A DNA stretch of 60,570 bases from Atractiella rhizophila (lineage: Eukaryota). How positions within the stretch are numbered: position 1 is the first letter of the stretch; each line of letters opens with the position of its first letter. Made by a program: the position numbers and the translations under genes. Location: the NCBI GenBank assembly GCA_021432655.1, contig MU271461.1, forward strand, positions 1 through 60,570, in the 5' to 3' direction. Below, one piece after another: positions 50,585-60,570 of the stretch. The notes beneath the pieces are model-generated. The model ran no database searches. It was not told the DNA's origin and saw only the letters and a list, made by a program, of their open reading frames with translations.

Positions 50585-51893
50585 TGTGCGTTGGTGGAAC
50601 AGATGGCTTTGATGAGATATTGAATGCGGTTCCTCTGTTTCCCCAAGAGACTGTCAGCTTGTCAAGCCAGACAGTGAACTAATTTGGGCAGGCAGATAAG
50701 AACGTTGGTGAACCCCGTTTACCCCACACTTTTTCGACAGCACTTTGCGAAAGAGGGGAAAGAGCGAGTTACTGCCTTGCAGGTCTCAAGTGGAAAGCAG
50801 AGTGTAAGGATATTATTCCCTTCAGCCCATTTGCTTATCGCATCGCATTGTAAGAGCTCTCCAGCAAACCCAATACAATACCAAGCAGCGATAAGGAACG
50901 TGAACGTACCAGGAGCCTAACCAATCGTTACAGGGGCTGAAATATTCCGCAAGATCCAGAGGGTCTCGAGCAACCAGCAAGACGCCACTTATAGCACACT
51001 TCGTGCGAAACCGCAACAACCCCTCCTTCGAATTCCGACTAGGAAAACAAAAACGTGGGACCCGAAGTGTAATAAACGAACCTGGCCCAATGCACTCGGC
51101 TATTTTATCGGTTGGAGTCTGATGACTGGCGACTAGTATCGAAGGCCAGTCTGGGTGATTAAGGCAGATTAAGCGAGGGGCAGCTGGTGGTTGGTGAGTT
51201 GCAGCTGCTGAACGGGGCAGCGTTCCTGGATCTCGCGAATGTCCAGTTCGTCTCGTGACCGATCGCGACTTAACGCCGGCGCATCGTGCACCAGTCCACG
51301 AATAATACACGTTTTCAGATGTTTCATGATGTCTGAGTGTGTTTGCTAGTTTTCATGGATGACAAGCGTGGGGAGCGACAACTTCATCCCTCCTTTTTTC
51401 TCGGCTGTTTTGGCTTTTTGATTGTTCCCTCCTTCATCGAGTTTCGAGTTGTGGCGGCTTGACAAGTCACAACTTGCATTGCCTCCTCAAATAAATAATC
51501 AATAACCTGAGACTTCGGCGGGTCGATGAGAAAGCTTTGGAACAAAGATGGACTATGATCACTTTTGGGTGGACATTTATCATTTAGCAACATAGTAAGG
51601 AAACTTGAAGGCATAATGCGCTTATGAGAACAATCCAATATAGCCGAGTTGTCACAAAGACAAATAGAGAATGAGAAAGGTAAATATACACAGGGAGAAG
51701 AATGACATATTTTACAACTTGCACTGCTCTGCTTTCGCTGGTAGACCTAATGGAAATGATGTAAAATATGAACAAAAACATCAATGAACCCATTCAACCA
51801 CAAGAAGATTCTGCATGTACCCTTTAAAGAGAAAGACCTGAAACAGTGAAGGAGTGAAAGAGGTCGACGGATGTAACACGCCATACTTTGGAT

Positions 51894-52644
51894 TCAGCAA
51901 GGCAACTCCTCCAACACTCCAACGGTGCCGTCATCCAAGACTCCTTCCTCCTCCAACCTCAGGCAAACATCGACCATGAAAGCCTGCACCTTCTTCCCTC
52001 TTCCCACCTCCCCATCCCTGACCGTAACCGGCACGTCCATTTCCTCCATGACTCTTTGGAAAGTGGCTAACTGAGCAGGAGTGAGAGAGCCGAGAAATTT
52101 TGAGCCTTTATACGCTGGGTCGGAGGTTGGAGAATAGGCGTTGACATCTGAGACGAAAACGGAGGGATTGCGATTCATCTGCAGCGATGCAGGAGAAGGC
52201 GTTCTGAGACCACCACCTCTGTTTGTCGAGGAGAACAGACAATCGTCGCCCAGGCTCGATGGGTGACCTTCTGCCCTCCGTAACTCAGCTTTCCTCTCCC
52301 TTTCCAACTCTAGCTCTTCTCCGATCGACACCTCCCGAGTCTCCAATCCAAGCCTCCTTCCCTTCTTGAACGTCCCACGGATAGGAAGAAAGAAGCACCA
52401 GTGAATAGGGACATTCTCCCCTTCCGCTTTGTAGTGCAGAATGTACAGATCATAGCCGACATGGGTGCTGGCGTTGGAGGCGGTTGTGAGAAGAGGATAT
52501 GGTGTTACGACTGGGTCGACTTCATGATACGCAGGAGTGGGACTATAAAGCAAGGAGTTCGGACCTCCCCCAGTAAATTTAGAGAAGAGCGTACAGTGGG
52601 TTCAAAGATTTCATATCCGCCAAAGAGGTCGGAAGTGCTGGCAT
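51894..52644 (-). CDS. Uncharacterized protein
   Basis: ATG at 52644. A phase-consistent GTACGC...TAG intron joins it to the 219-aa ORF. Confidence 0.6.
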
Positions 52645-53166
52645 GAGCAGAGAACCAGTGTGCGGTGTGAATCGTCTCGACGCCGTCATATTGAACAAGT
52701 GGAGAAGAACGATGGAGCTGATGAGATTGGGAGTGGATTATCGATGCTGTAGAGAATTGAAGAGACTTTGAAGGGATTTTCGAGAGACCTCGTCTTTATG
52801 ACGATCAGCAGGATCCTTTCTGATCCCGTGTGTCGGGTCCAAATTGCACCAGTCTTGCGGACAAAGCACCAGCATTACGGCACTCTCTAACATGCTGGGG
52901 TCACATGGGGGAAGGAGGAAAGGTTGGAGGCCTAAGGATCTACTAACATCAAAGTAGTTTGGTAAAGCATCAGATCATCAGATAAGCAGATACATCAAAT
53001 TTAGGGGAGCAGTAAGCTAGTAAACTGTGGCATTGCAGGGAATATAGGTAAATAAGAAACTGGTACACACACTTTTTCGTGTTCGAATCAATAACAACCA
53101 CGACACCGCTTTTAGACCAAGATAGGAAGAACCACACCGTGACATTATCATCAACGAATCGACAAA

Positions 53167-53644
53167 TCACTCTTTGTGCAAATTCCCTGCTCCGCCCCTT
53201 CCCGTAGAACTTGCCAGATGCTTCTCCCTCTCCGCCTGCTCATACACCTCCTTCACCTTCTTCTCTTCCTCCACAGCATCTAACTCAGGATTACCGGATA
53301 CGTTCTTCTTGAAGTTCCCAGCTCCTCCGACACCAAACCCTCGGCTTCTAGACCTTGATCCCGATTTTTCCCTCTCCTTCTTCAGTTCCTCTTCCGATTT
53401 GGTGGCCGTGCGTGGAGACAGAGAGCGCTCGACGAAGTTGCCAGCTCCACCCCGACCGCTCGTTGTGGGGTGAGTTGCACGTCCTCGTCTCTCGGATTCA
53501 TGGTCTCCTGTACACAAGAAGACGTTCAGCCAATTATTAACAGAAGAAGATTTAAGGAGACGAACCCCCGACATCCCTGCCTTCTCTATCACCTTTCCTT
53601 GACGGACTGATGGCGTCTCTAACTTTATCAACAATGCCGCTCAT
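53167..53644 (-). CDS. GRGGAGN-repeat protein (DUF3602 / Par32-like)
   Basis: Three motifs: SGRGGAGNF, FGVGGAGNF and STGRGGAGNL. One phase-1 intron and a TATA-like GTATAAAAAG at 53711-53720 (minus strand). Confidence 0.8.
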
Positions 53645-54817
53645 GGTCTTCTGTAGCGAGGGAGATCTCTGTCCTTCTGTCTGACTGGAGCCAGATTGCT
53701 GAGTGCTCATCTTTTTATACTTTGCCAAGCTGGTTCTTGATATCTTATCGTTATCGCAAGCGGTGGCGAAATAAATTTTCTCGATTACGTAAGAAGCGTT
53801 TGATTGACGATTTGGCAGGTGCCTGTGCCTGACTTCGGCCGTGCAGAATGGAGCTCTCTTCTGAGGAGGGTCGAGTTGTTTTGCGCTGTAGCGGAGGGTG
53901 GTGGCTTTTATGGAGGGCCATTTGGAAGTGACTTAGATCAGTTGACCATGATCACACCATCGTTGCCCCTCCCAAGGTCATTGGTGCGGAGAATGAAGGA
54001 ATCGACGGCTGAATCGACCAAATCTTAGACCAATCGAAGGAGGAATGAGAACAGAGAAACGTTCGGAAAGCTGTTCAAGTTGCACCATACTCACATCAGC
54101 TAACATTTCATGAATTCAGAGAACGTTGAAGTGTTTAGTGGTAGGTGCGGGAGCTTCAAGTCTGAGTGTGCAAGGAGGATCTGTACCTCCTCGCAGTTCT
54201 AAGCTGTGATGCCATTTCACTTGCTATCAGCAACTCAAGCCAAGCTCGCAAACGTGAGGCACTCATCGTAAAAATTGACAACCTGAAGACTCTTTTGGGC
54301 TGGGGGCCATTTAGTGCGAAAAGGTCACTGGACGCCGATCGACCAAGCCTGTTGAACTGATTGCTGGGAAAGTTCTTGAAAACTGGTTCAACACTTCAAC
54401 ATACAGGGAGAAGCTTGACTTGTTCATAACGGACGGTCGATGCTGGAATATTTCAGCATGTTGCAACAAAGCAAATAGATGTTGGAAGAGACCCGTTAAA
54501 ATAACATCCCGCTCTTGACGGTCTCGTTAACTATGCCACTTCTACCAATGCTCCAGATAGCTGAAGGAAGGCCCATCCCATGATACAGGCCTGATAAACA
54601 TTAGAAAGGTAGGAACCAGGTTCATCCATTATGCCGAAAGGAGGAAGTACCATGATAAAACCTGTGGTAGTGTCCCTTCCTCCCTCCGAGACCCATTCCA
54701 GCATTGACTGCTTGTTCATCAGTGTTTCGTTCTAGTCCAAAGTTCAGTAGCTTCAGTCTTCAGTACATTTCCGTTCAGTTCGAGGACAGACCTCGTCGCT
54801 ACATTTGCTTTCGAAAC

Positions 54818-55336
54818 ATGTTGACCATGTTCCTCCTCCCCCTCCTCCCTATTGCTTCCTTCTCTCTCCCCACAGGTCTCCTCACCCGTCAGAACGGCAA
54901 ATTCTTCCAGCTCCCAGTGCCCAGAGAGGTCATCGGCGTCCGGATCTTAAACAGGAACAAGAAGATGGGAGCGAAAAAACGGGCGGAGGAGCAAACGCAG
55001 TTTAGGCTCAGATTGCCGGAGCCCAAGGATCCATCAACTGAGGTAAGACCGTCCGCCTTCTTTGGTTGTGGTCTAAGTACTAACATTTGTGTCCCTGAGC
55101 AGGCGGGCCAATTTGCCATTTCCTACGCGTCCCTGTGGGCAACTCCCTACCCGCTGCCCAATCCGACACCGTCGCCAGGCTCTTTCATTGACAACCGCAG
55201 GCTCATCGAGAGAGATAACTTCCCAAAGAACCCACAAGGTGAATTGCCGATCTGGAAGTTTACAGATGAAGATGGCGGGATCCATACCGTTAGAGCTCAT
55301 CATTGGGATGCTCAGGTGAAGGACGAGAAGCATTAA
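54818..55336 (+). CDS. Small putative secreted protein
   Basis: Hydrophobic N-terminus MFLLPLLPIASFS-LP, a KKR site, and an in-frame GTAAGA...CAG intron at 55043-55102. Confidence 0.5.
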   Translation: MLTMFLLPLLPIASFSLPTGLLTRQNGKFFQLPVPREVIGVRILNRNKKMGAKKRAEEQTQFRLRLPEPKDPSTEVRPSAFFGCGLSTNICVPEQAGQFAISYASLWATPYPLPNPTPSPGSFIDNRRLIERDNFPKNPQGELPIWKFTDEDGGIHTVRAHHWDAQVKDEKH

Positions 55337-56047
55337 TGCGCCTTGAAGACGTCTCTTTATCACTTCTATTCGTGTAACTTTAAAATGTGTACAAGTAGTT
55401 CTGCAGGTGCTGAACTCTTGGAAGCAAACGAAACCTTCATTAGAAGTAGTGTCTGGGTAAACATTCGACTGTCTTTCCATATTTGAGGACTACCTACTCC
55501 ATGTAACTAATTCTCGGGATGAAACGCTCTTCGTCAGATTCAAAAGGTTCATACCATTGTTGTGCAGACTCCAAGAATCAGGAAATAGAAAGGGAGAAGT
55601 TCTGTTCAGCTAGGAGCCAGGCAAATCCGTAATCCGCATTTACTTTATGCTGGCAGTTCAAGCTGCACCATGGGAGGCTCTGAAACGGGAGAGTTGAAGG
55701 ACGCCGCAAGGACACTTTGCAGGTCCACGCCATAGCAAATACAAGGGATAACATCTAGGCTTCTAAAATAAGGTCGTCACAATTCAAAGTTTCCTTGCAA
55801 GTGATTCTTTGTCCTGCTGTCCCTTGTTCGGAGAATTGTAGTTGGAAGGATCCCCTTGTTGCCACGTGCGCCCTTGTTCTCAAGGGATGAATGTAGCGCC
55901 ATGGGCCATGGGCAAAGAAAGAGATTCCACAACAAGCAAACAAGGACAGGGGGATCGGCAGAGGGTATAAGAAGGGACAGCGCACCTCTTTGATCGCCAG
56001 TTCCCTTTAGACTTAGACATTACTATATCAAGAGCAGCGCTCGCCTC

Positions 56048-57961
56048 ATGCATCCCCAACTTCTCTTCACAATATTCTTGTTCAGCATCGTCTCAGCACG
56101 GGAGGGACTGGGAAAACCAGCCGTCCTCACTTCCCTTGCAGCAATAGAAGGATGCTCTAGATGTGCCAACCTTGCTCGCAACGCTGGCGACGCTCTCCTC
56201 GCCACCGCCGGGCCTTGTTCACAGCAAGAGGAAGCGGACCAAATGATCGAACTTGGCGGGTCTGAGAACCTGGATTCGAAAACGAAGGATTTATTGGTCA
56301 GCATCGCTGTCGAATATCGACAAGCCCAGCGAGAGGTTCCGACGCTCCCTGATGGCACGGAGAGGAACAGCCTCTTCTGTCAACAGCAAGCTAGGAGCAG
56401 TCAGTTGAGGTGCTTGATGCAAAAACAAGATTCAGACGTGGTGTCAAATCTCTTCTTCGATCCTTCCGCCCCTGGAGATGGAACTGTGAACGCGGGTAAG
56501 AATCAAGGTTTGTCCTTCTCTTTCTCTACTGTTTCTGCGATAGTGACACATGGAGTAGTGGGCACGATTGCGCCAAGCTTCGCCGCTTGTAAAGGTAGCG
56601 GAAAGGCAGTAAAGGCATCTGATGCCGGAGCTGAAGCTGGGAATACAGAGTCCGGCGCTTCAGTCGACGTAACATCAACGAGCGATACTTGTCCCAGCGA
56701 TGAGGAAAGCGGAGGCACGACTGCATCAACCACCGAGAACGAAGCCAGCTCTGCATCGGGAGATCCAGCCGACACCGTATCGGGGACAGGAGAAGAGGAG
56801 ACGTGTCCTAGCGACAGCGAAGGGACAGGTTCCTCCGCTTCGTCTTCTAGCTCCAACGATCCCACCGCTTCTGCTTCTGCCTCTGCCTCTGTCTCTGTCA
56901 CCACCCAGTTCAGCACAGTGTACCGAACTGCAACGACCGAAGCTGTCCAGACCAGAATTGCGACGGTCACTGTCACAGCTCCCCCTACAGGAGAGACAGT
57001 GGTTGGGATCGGCGCGAGCGTGATTGGACTCGCCTCCTCGTCCATACCCGGCGGAAGTGCAGCTGTCGTTTCCGATTCTCCAGCTCCCGCCTCTCCTCCA
57101 TCCTCAGGAGGAGTTCCAGGAACCAATCCTCGAGACTCATCCACCTTTAAGAGGCGAGAAGACTGGTCGGGAGTCGATGATGCTGCTGAGGAGGTTGAAA
57201 AGCCAAAGAAATGGTCGTTTGGCCCTCAACGCGCCTGGTTTGCCGCTCACGGTTCCTCTGCTTCCTCGTCTTCATCACCAGCTCCTTCTTCCACCCCGGC
57301 GTCGACTCTACAAAAGCGATTCTCCTTCTCCTTCCCTCCCCCAGGCAAGACGATGGAACCCTTCAACGAGACGTGGCAAGGTCCGACAGGAAGTCAGAAA
57401 TCGTCCAACGAGCTTCGTTCCGTCCATATCAAGCGTAACCGCGGTCCACCTGCTGGGGCTTTAAAGCTTCAACCGGTCAAACGGGACCTCACGAAAGCTC
57501 AACAGCTCTTCGGCGCTTTCGGAGGTGGTCTGAAGGGAGGTGCGGCGAAGCGAAACGTGTTGGCGGAAGGAGGGATCGGGGCGACTCCAGTCTCTTCCTT
57601 TTTCATTACCGCATCTGAGACTCCAACCCCCACCGCCACTGTCGACCTCGGCTTAAAGCCCGTCTCCGGCGGCCTCCTCCAAGCTTCATCTTCCTCTGCC
57701 GACTTGGGGCTCAAATTTGTCTCTTCCGGCAGCATCCAAGCGACTTCACAATCGCTTGGAGACTTCGTAAACGTCGGTCCAGCTCCAACTGCTGGTGCGG
57801 CTAGCCCTGCCAGAGCTGCAGCCGCCACGGACGGAGAGGACGAGGTCACCGTCGTGGTGGAGCATACGGTCACCAGTCGTGTTACCCATTTTGTGACTGC
57901 GACAGCGAAGGCAACAGTGACCGTGACGCAGACGGTGCAAGTTGAGCCGACTTCCCTCTAG
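56048..57961 (+). CDS. Secreted Cys-containing, Ser/Thr-rich protein with multiple KR sites
   Basis: Signal peptide MHPQLLFTIFLFSIVSA, a Cys-containing N-terminal domain, and a probable in-frame intron starting GTAAGA at 56496. Confidence 0.8.
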   Translation: MHPQLLFTIFLFSIVSAREGLGKPAVLTSLAAIEGCSRCANLARNAGDALLATAGPCSQQEEADQMIELGGSENLDSKTKDLLVSIAVEYRQAQREVPTLPDGTERNSLFCQQQARSSQLRCLMQKQDSDVVSNLFFDPSAPGDGTVNAGKNQGLSFSFSTVSAIVTHGVVGTIAPSFAACKGSGKAVKASDAGAEAGNTESGASVDVTSTSDTCPSDEESGGTTASTTENEASSASGDPADTVSGTGEEETCPSDSEGTGSSASSSSSNDPTASASASASVSVTTQFSTVYRTATTEAVQTRIATVTVTAPPTGETVVGIGASVIGLASSSIPGGSAAVVSDSPAPASPPSSGGVPGTNPRDSSTFKRREDWSGVDDAAEEVEKPKKWSFGPQRAWFAAHGSSASSSSSPAPSSTPASTLQKRFSFSFPPPGKTMEPFNETWQGPTGSQKSSNELRSVHIKRNRGPPAGALKLQPVKRDLTKAQQLFGAFGGGLKGGAAKRNVLAEGGIGATPVSSFFITASETPTPTATVDLGLKPVSGGLLQASSSSADLGLKFVSSGSIQATSQSLGDFVNVGPAPTAGAASPARAAAATDGEDEVTVVVEHTVTSRVTHFVTATAKATVTVTQTVQVEPTSL

Positions 57962-59163
57962 ACCAGGGACATGCTCGCACGGTGGACACTATATTTGTAT
58001 ATTTTTTTGCACAGTCGTTGGCATTGTTTCTTTCGTTCTCATCCGTCGCTCATTTAGTCTAGAAAGCAATTGCATTAGTTGGCTGTCGTGACTGTAAATT
58101 TTGTAGCATTAAACTAATAAATCACATCCGCATAATTCGCAGACGAGCTACCAACAGCGGGAGATAAGCGTTGAATGTGCCGCTTTAGCAGTAACTCAGA
58201 AAGACTTCGTTCTGCATTTACGGTGAACGAGACACGTATGTCTCACATTATACGCGTTGTCAGATCGGATCTGTATTTGCCATTGAAGCTGTGCCTGATA
58301 GCATCAGAGGAGTTGAGAGTGTCCACAAATGCAAAGTATGCAAATACTAGGAAGCAACTTTCAGTGAGCAATTTCAAGAGCTGCAACTGTGTGAAATGTG
58401 ACTACTTCTGCATAAATATTTCTTTATTTCTTCATTATATCACCTCGGTACCCTTCCAAGTTCAAGTAGAGGAGAAACAAACCTGAAGTTGTGACTTGAC
58501 GACTTCAAACATCCTCAAGCACGTCCAACATCGCGTCATACTTGATACATATAACTGTTGGAAATCGACGGGCTGAGGAGCGGAGCTAAGTACGACTTGG
58601 TTACGTTTGGCTGAGCTCTTGCAAACGCATGAGCACCAGGAAATGGAATTCTATGTGTTTATATAGCTTACAGCAGTGACAACTAGAAAATAGTAGAACA
58701 TTCCAGAAAACTAAAGGACTTTGCCACTGAGTGGCACGAAACTAGACTGCAAAATCCAACAATAACAACGTTTGCTATCACACTTGCTCACAGGATGTCG
58801 TCCTTGCGTCTGGTCAGATTGATAGAGTGCTGAGGAAGAGAATGCATGACGTGGCCAGCGGCAATGGTGATACCCGCTTTATTCACGCATTCTTCTGACC
58901 ACCAGACCACACAATCAGCAATCAGGACGACTTCCCAGTCCGCTCCTCCAGCTGTCCTCCACCAAAAGCAGCATCTGCTAGCAGACCAGCGAGATTGGAC
59001 ATAGACTACGCGTTGGATAAACAACATACAGGGTGAGCCATCCTCTCCTCGGCGTATTGGGAAGGGAAGTAAAGAAAGGACTGGAAAGAATCACTTCGAA
59101 TTTCGCTGTACAAATCTTTGCGACTTTTCATATCCCGCAACAATAATCCACAATCCAATCAGC

Positions 59164-60570
59164 ATGGCCGCCCAATCCAGCCTTCGTCCAGGTGCGAGAC
59201 AGCTGAAATACCTCCTTCCGCTGTTACTCGTCGTCTACGTCTTACGGAGGACTCGAAAGCGTCTCTTCTCCCTCCTTCCCACCGGAAGCCGAAAAACATC
59301 TCTTCCCGCATCGTACTACCTCGACACACCTCTCCGCGACCTCGCACAGCGAGACCTGTTCCGTCCTCTCGAGGACGGCTCGAGGGAGCTCCTGGTGCCT
59401 TACAAGAAGGGAGTGAGCAAGGTCCTGGTGAGACCGACAAAGGAGAGCACGTTTGATTTGCACGCGAAGATATTCAAGGAGGTCGGAGAGGAGAGCGTGA
59501 GATTGGAGAAGGCACGGTTGAAGGGAAAGAAGGGAGGTGTCGGAGTCGATAGGACGTTCATGAGACAGCTAAGAGCGATTCTGATGATCATCATCCCGAG
59601 AGTGGACAGCAAAGAAATGATCTTGTTGTTGCTCTCAAGCGGGTTTCTTGGTCTCAGAACTTGGCTCTCCGTTCTGGTTGCGAGATTGGATGGAAGACTA
59701 GTCGGAGATTTGGTCCGTCATTCCCACCTCCTTCTTGTCGCGGTATGATTGGGGCTAAAACCTTTTGGATAAAGGTATCGGCAAACGGACGCGGCTTCCT
59801 CGTCGGTCTGCTCTACTGGTTCCTCCTCGCCCTACCCTCATGCTACACAAACGCGATGATCCGCTACCTATCCTCCAAGCTCGCTCTCTCCTTCCGAACC
59901 CGCCTAACACGGTACGCGGACGACCTCTACCTCTCCTCCAACCTTTCCTACTCCAAACTGCTCTCTCTCTCTTCAGCGATCGAAAGCCCGGATCAGTATT
60001 TGACCAACGACATCGCCCGCTTCTGCGTCTCCCTCTCCAACTTGTACTCCAACTTGAGCAAACCCATCCTCGACCTCTTGATCTTTAACTTTCAGCTCTT
60101 CACTAACGTCGGTTGGAGAGGTTCTGCTGGACTCGCCGCGAATTATGTGGTCACGGCTGCGATATTGAGAGCGGTCACGCCTTCGTTTGGCAAGCTCGCG
60201 GCGGTGGAGGCGAGGTTGGAGGGAGAGTATAGGGGGATGCAGAGTCGGATAGTAACGAATGCGGAGGAGATTGCGTTCTATAATGGAGCGGAGAGGGAGA
60301 AGGGAATCTTGAAAGAGAGCTTTGAGAATTTGATCAGACACATTCATTCCATCTTCAAGGTATGCATATCCCACAATATTGCTATATGTTCTATATGATT
60401 GTATGTGAGAGTGCTGATTGGAATGTCGGAGCAGATTAGGATAGCTTATTCTATGACGGAAGACTTCATCATTAAGTACATGTGGTCGGCAGCAGGATAC
60501 GTACTCATCGCCCTACCCGTCTTCCTCGAAGAGGTAGTAGGCATACCCATGTCTTCCCATGCCTCCCCCT
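59164..60570 (+). CDS. PXA1: Peroxisomal ABCD half-transporter, runs off the window
   Basis: RTWLSVLVARLDG, LALSFRTRLTRY, PDQYLTNDI, YSNLSKPILD, LEGEYR and NAEEIAFYNG (EAA-like motif). Confidence 0.92.

Overview
Eukaryotic, intron-rich fungal DNA, most likely a basidiomycete: introns are mostly ~45-110 nt GT-AG and several protein families look basidiomycete-like. I can support about 20 protein-coding genes: GPN1, an RluA-type pseudouridine synthase, an SNF1/AMPK-like kinase, an ammonium transporter, ARH1, two aldo-keto reductases, a BTB-like protein, EMC8/9, two tandem MRG/EAF3 paralogs, an arrestin-like protein, an HMG-box transcription factor, a DOPA dioxygenase-like protein, MCD4, PTC7, a Par32-like protein, secreted proteins and PXA1. 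Three near-identical head-to-tail duplications (2218, 2484 and ~1362 bp) each leave truncated gene copies and may be haplotype or assembly joins. The most interesting non-coding signals are three unusually long introns carrying RNA-like structure (a clear box C/D snoRNA plus a separate ~260-nt multi-hairpin element in MCD4 intron 1, a nested-stem element in GPN1 intron 1, and a weak H/ACA candidate in EMC8), a phased TCATGA array upstream of the HMG-box gene, GATA clusters on two nitrogen-related genes, and non-canonical GG and GC splice donors. Exon boundaries were read by eye. No database searches or folding programs were run.
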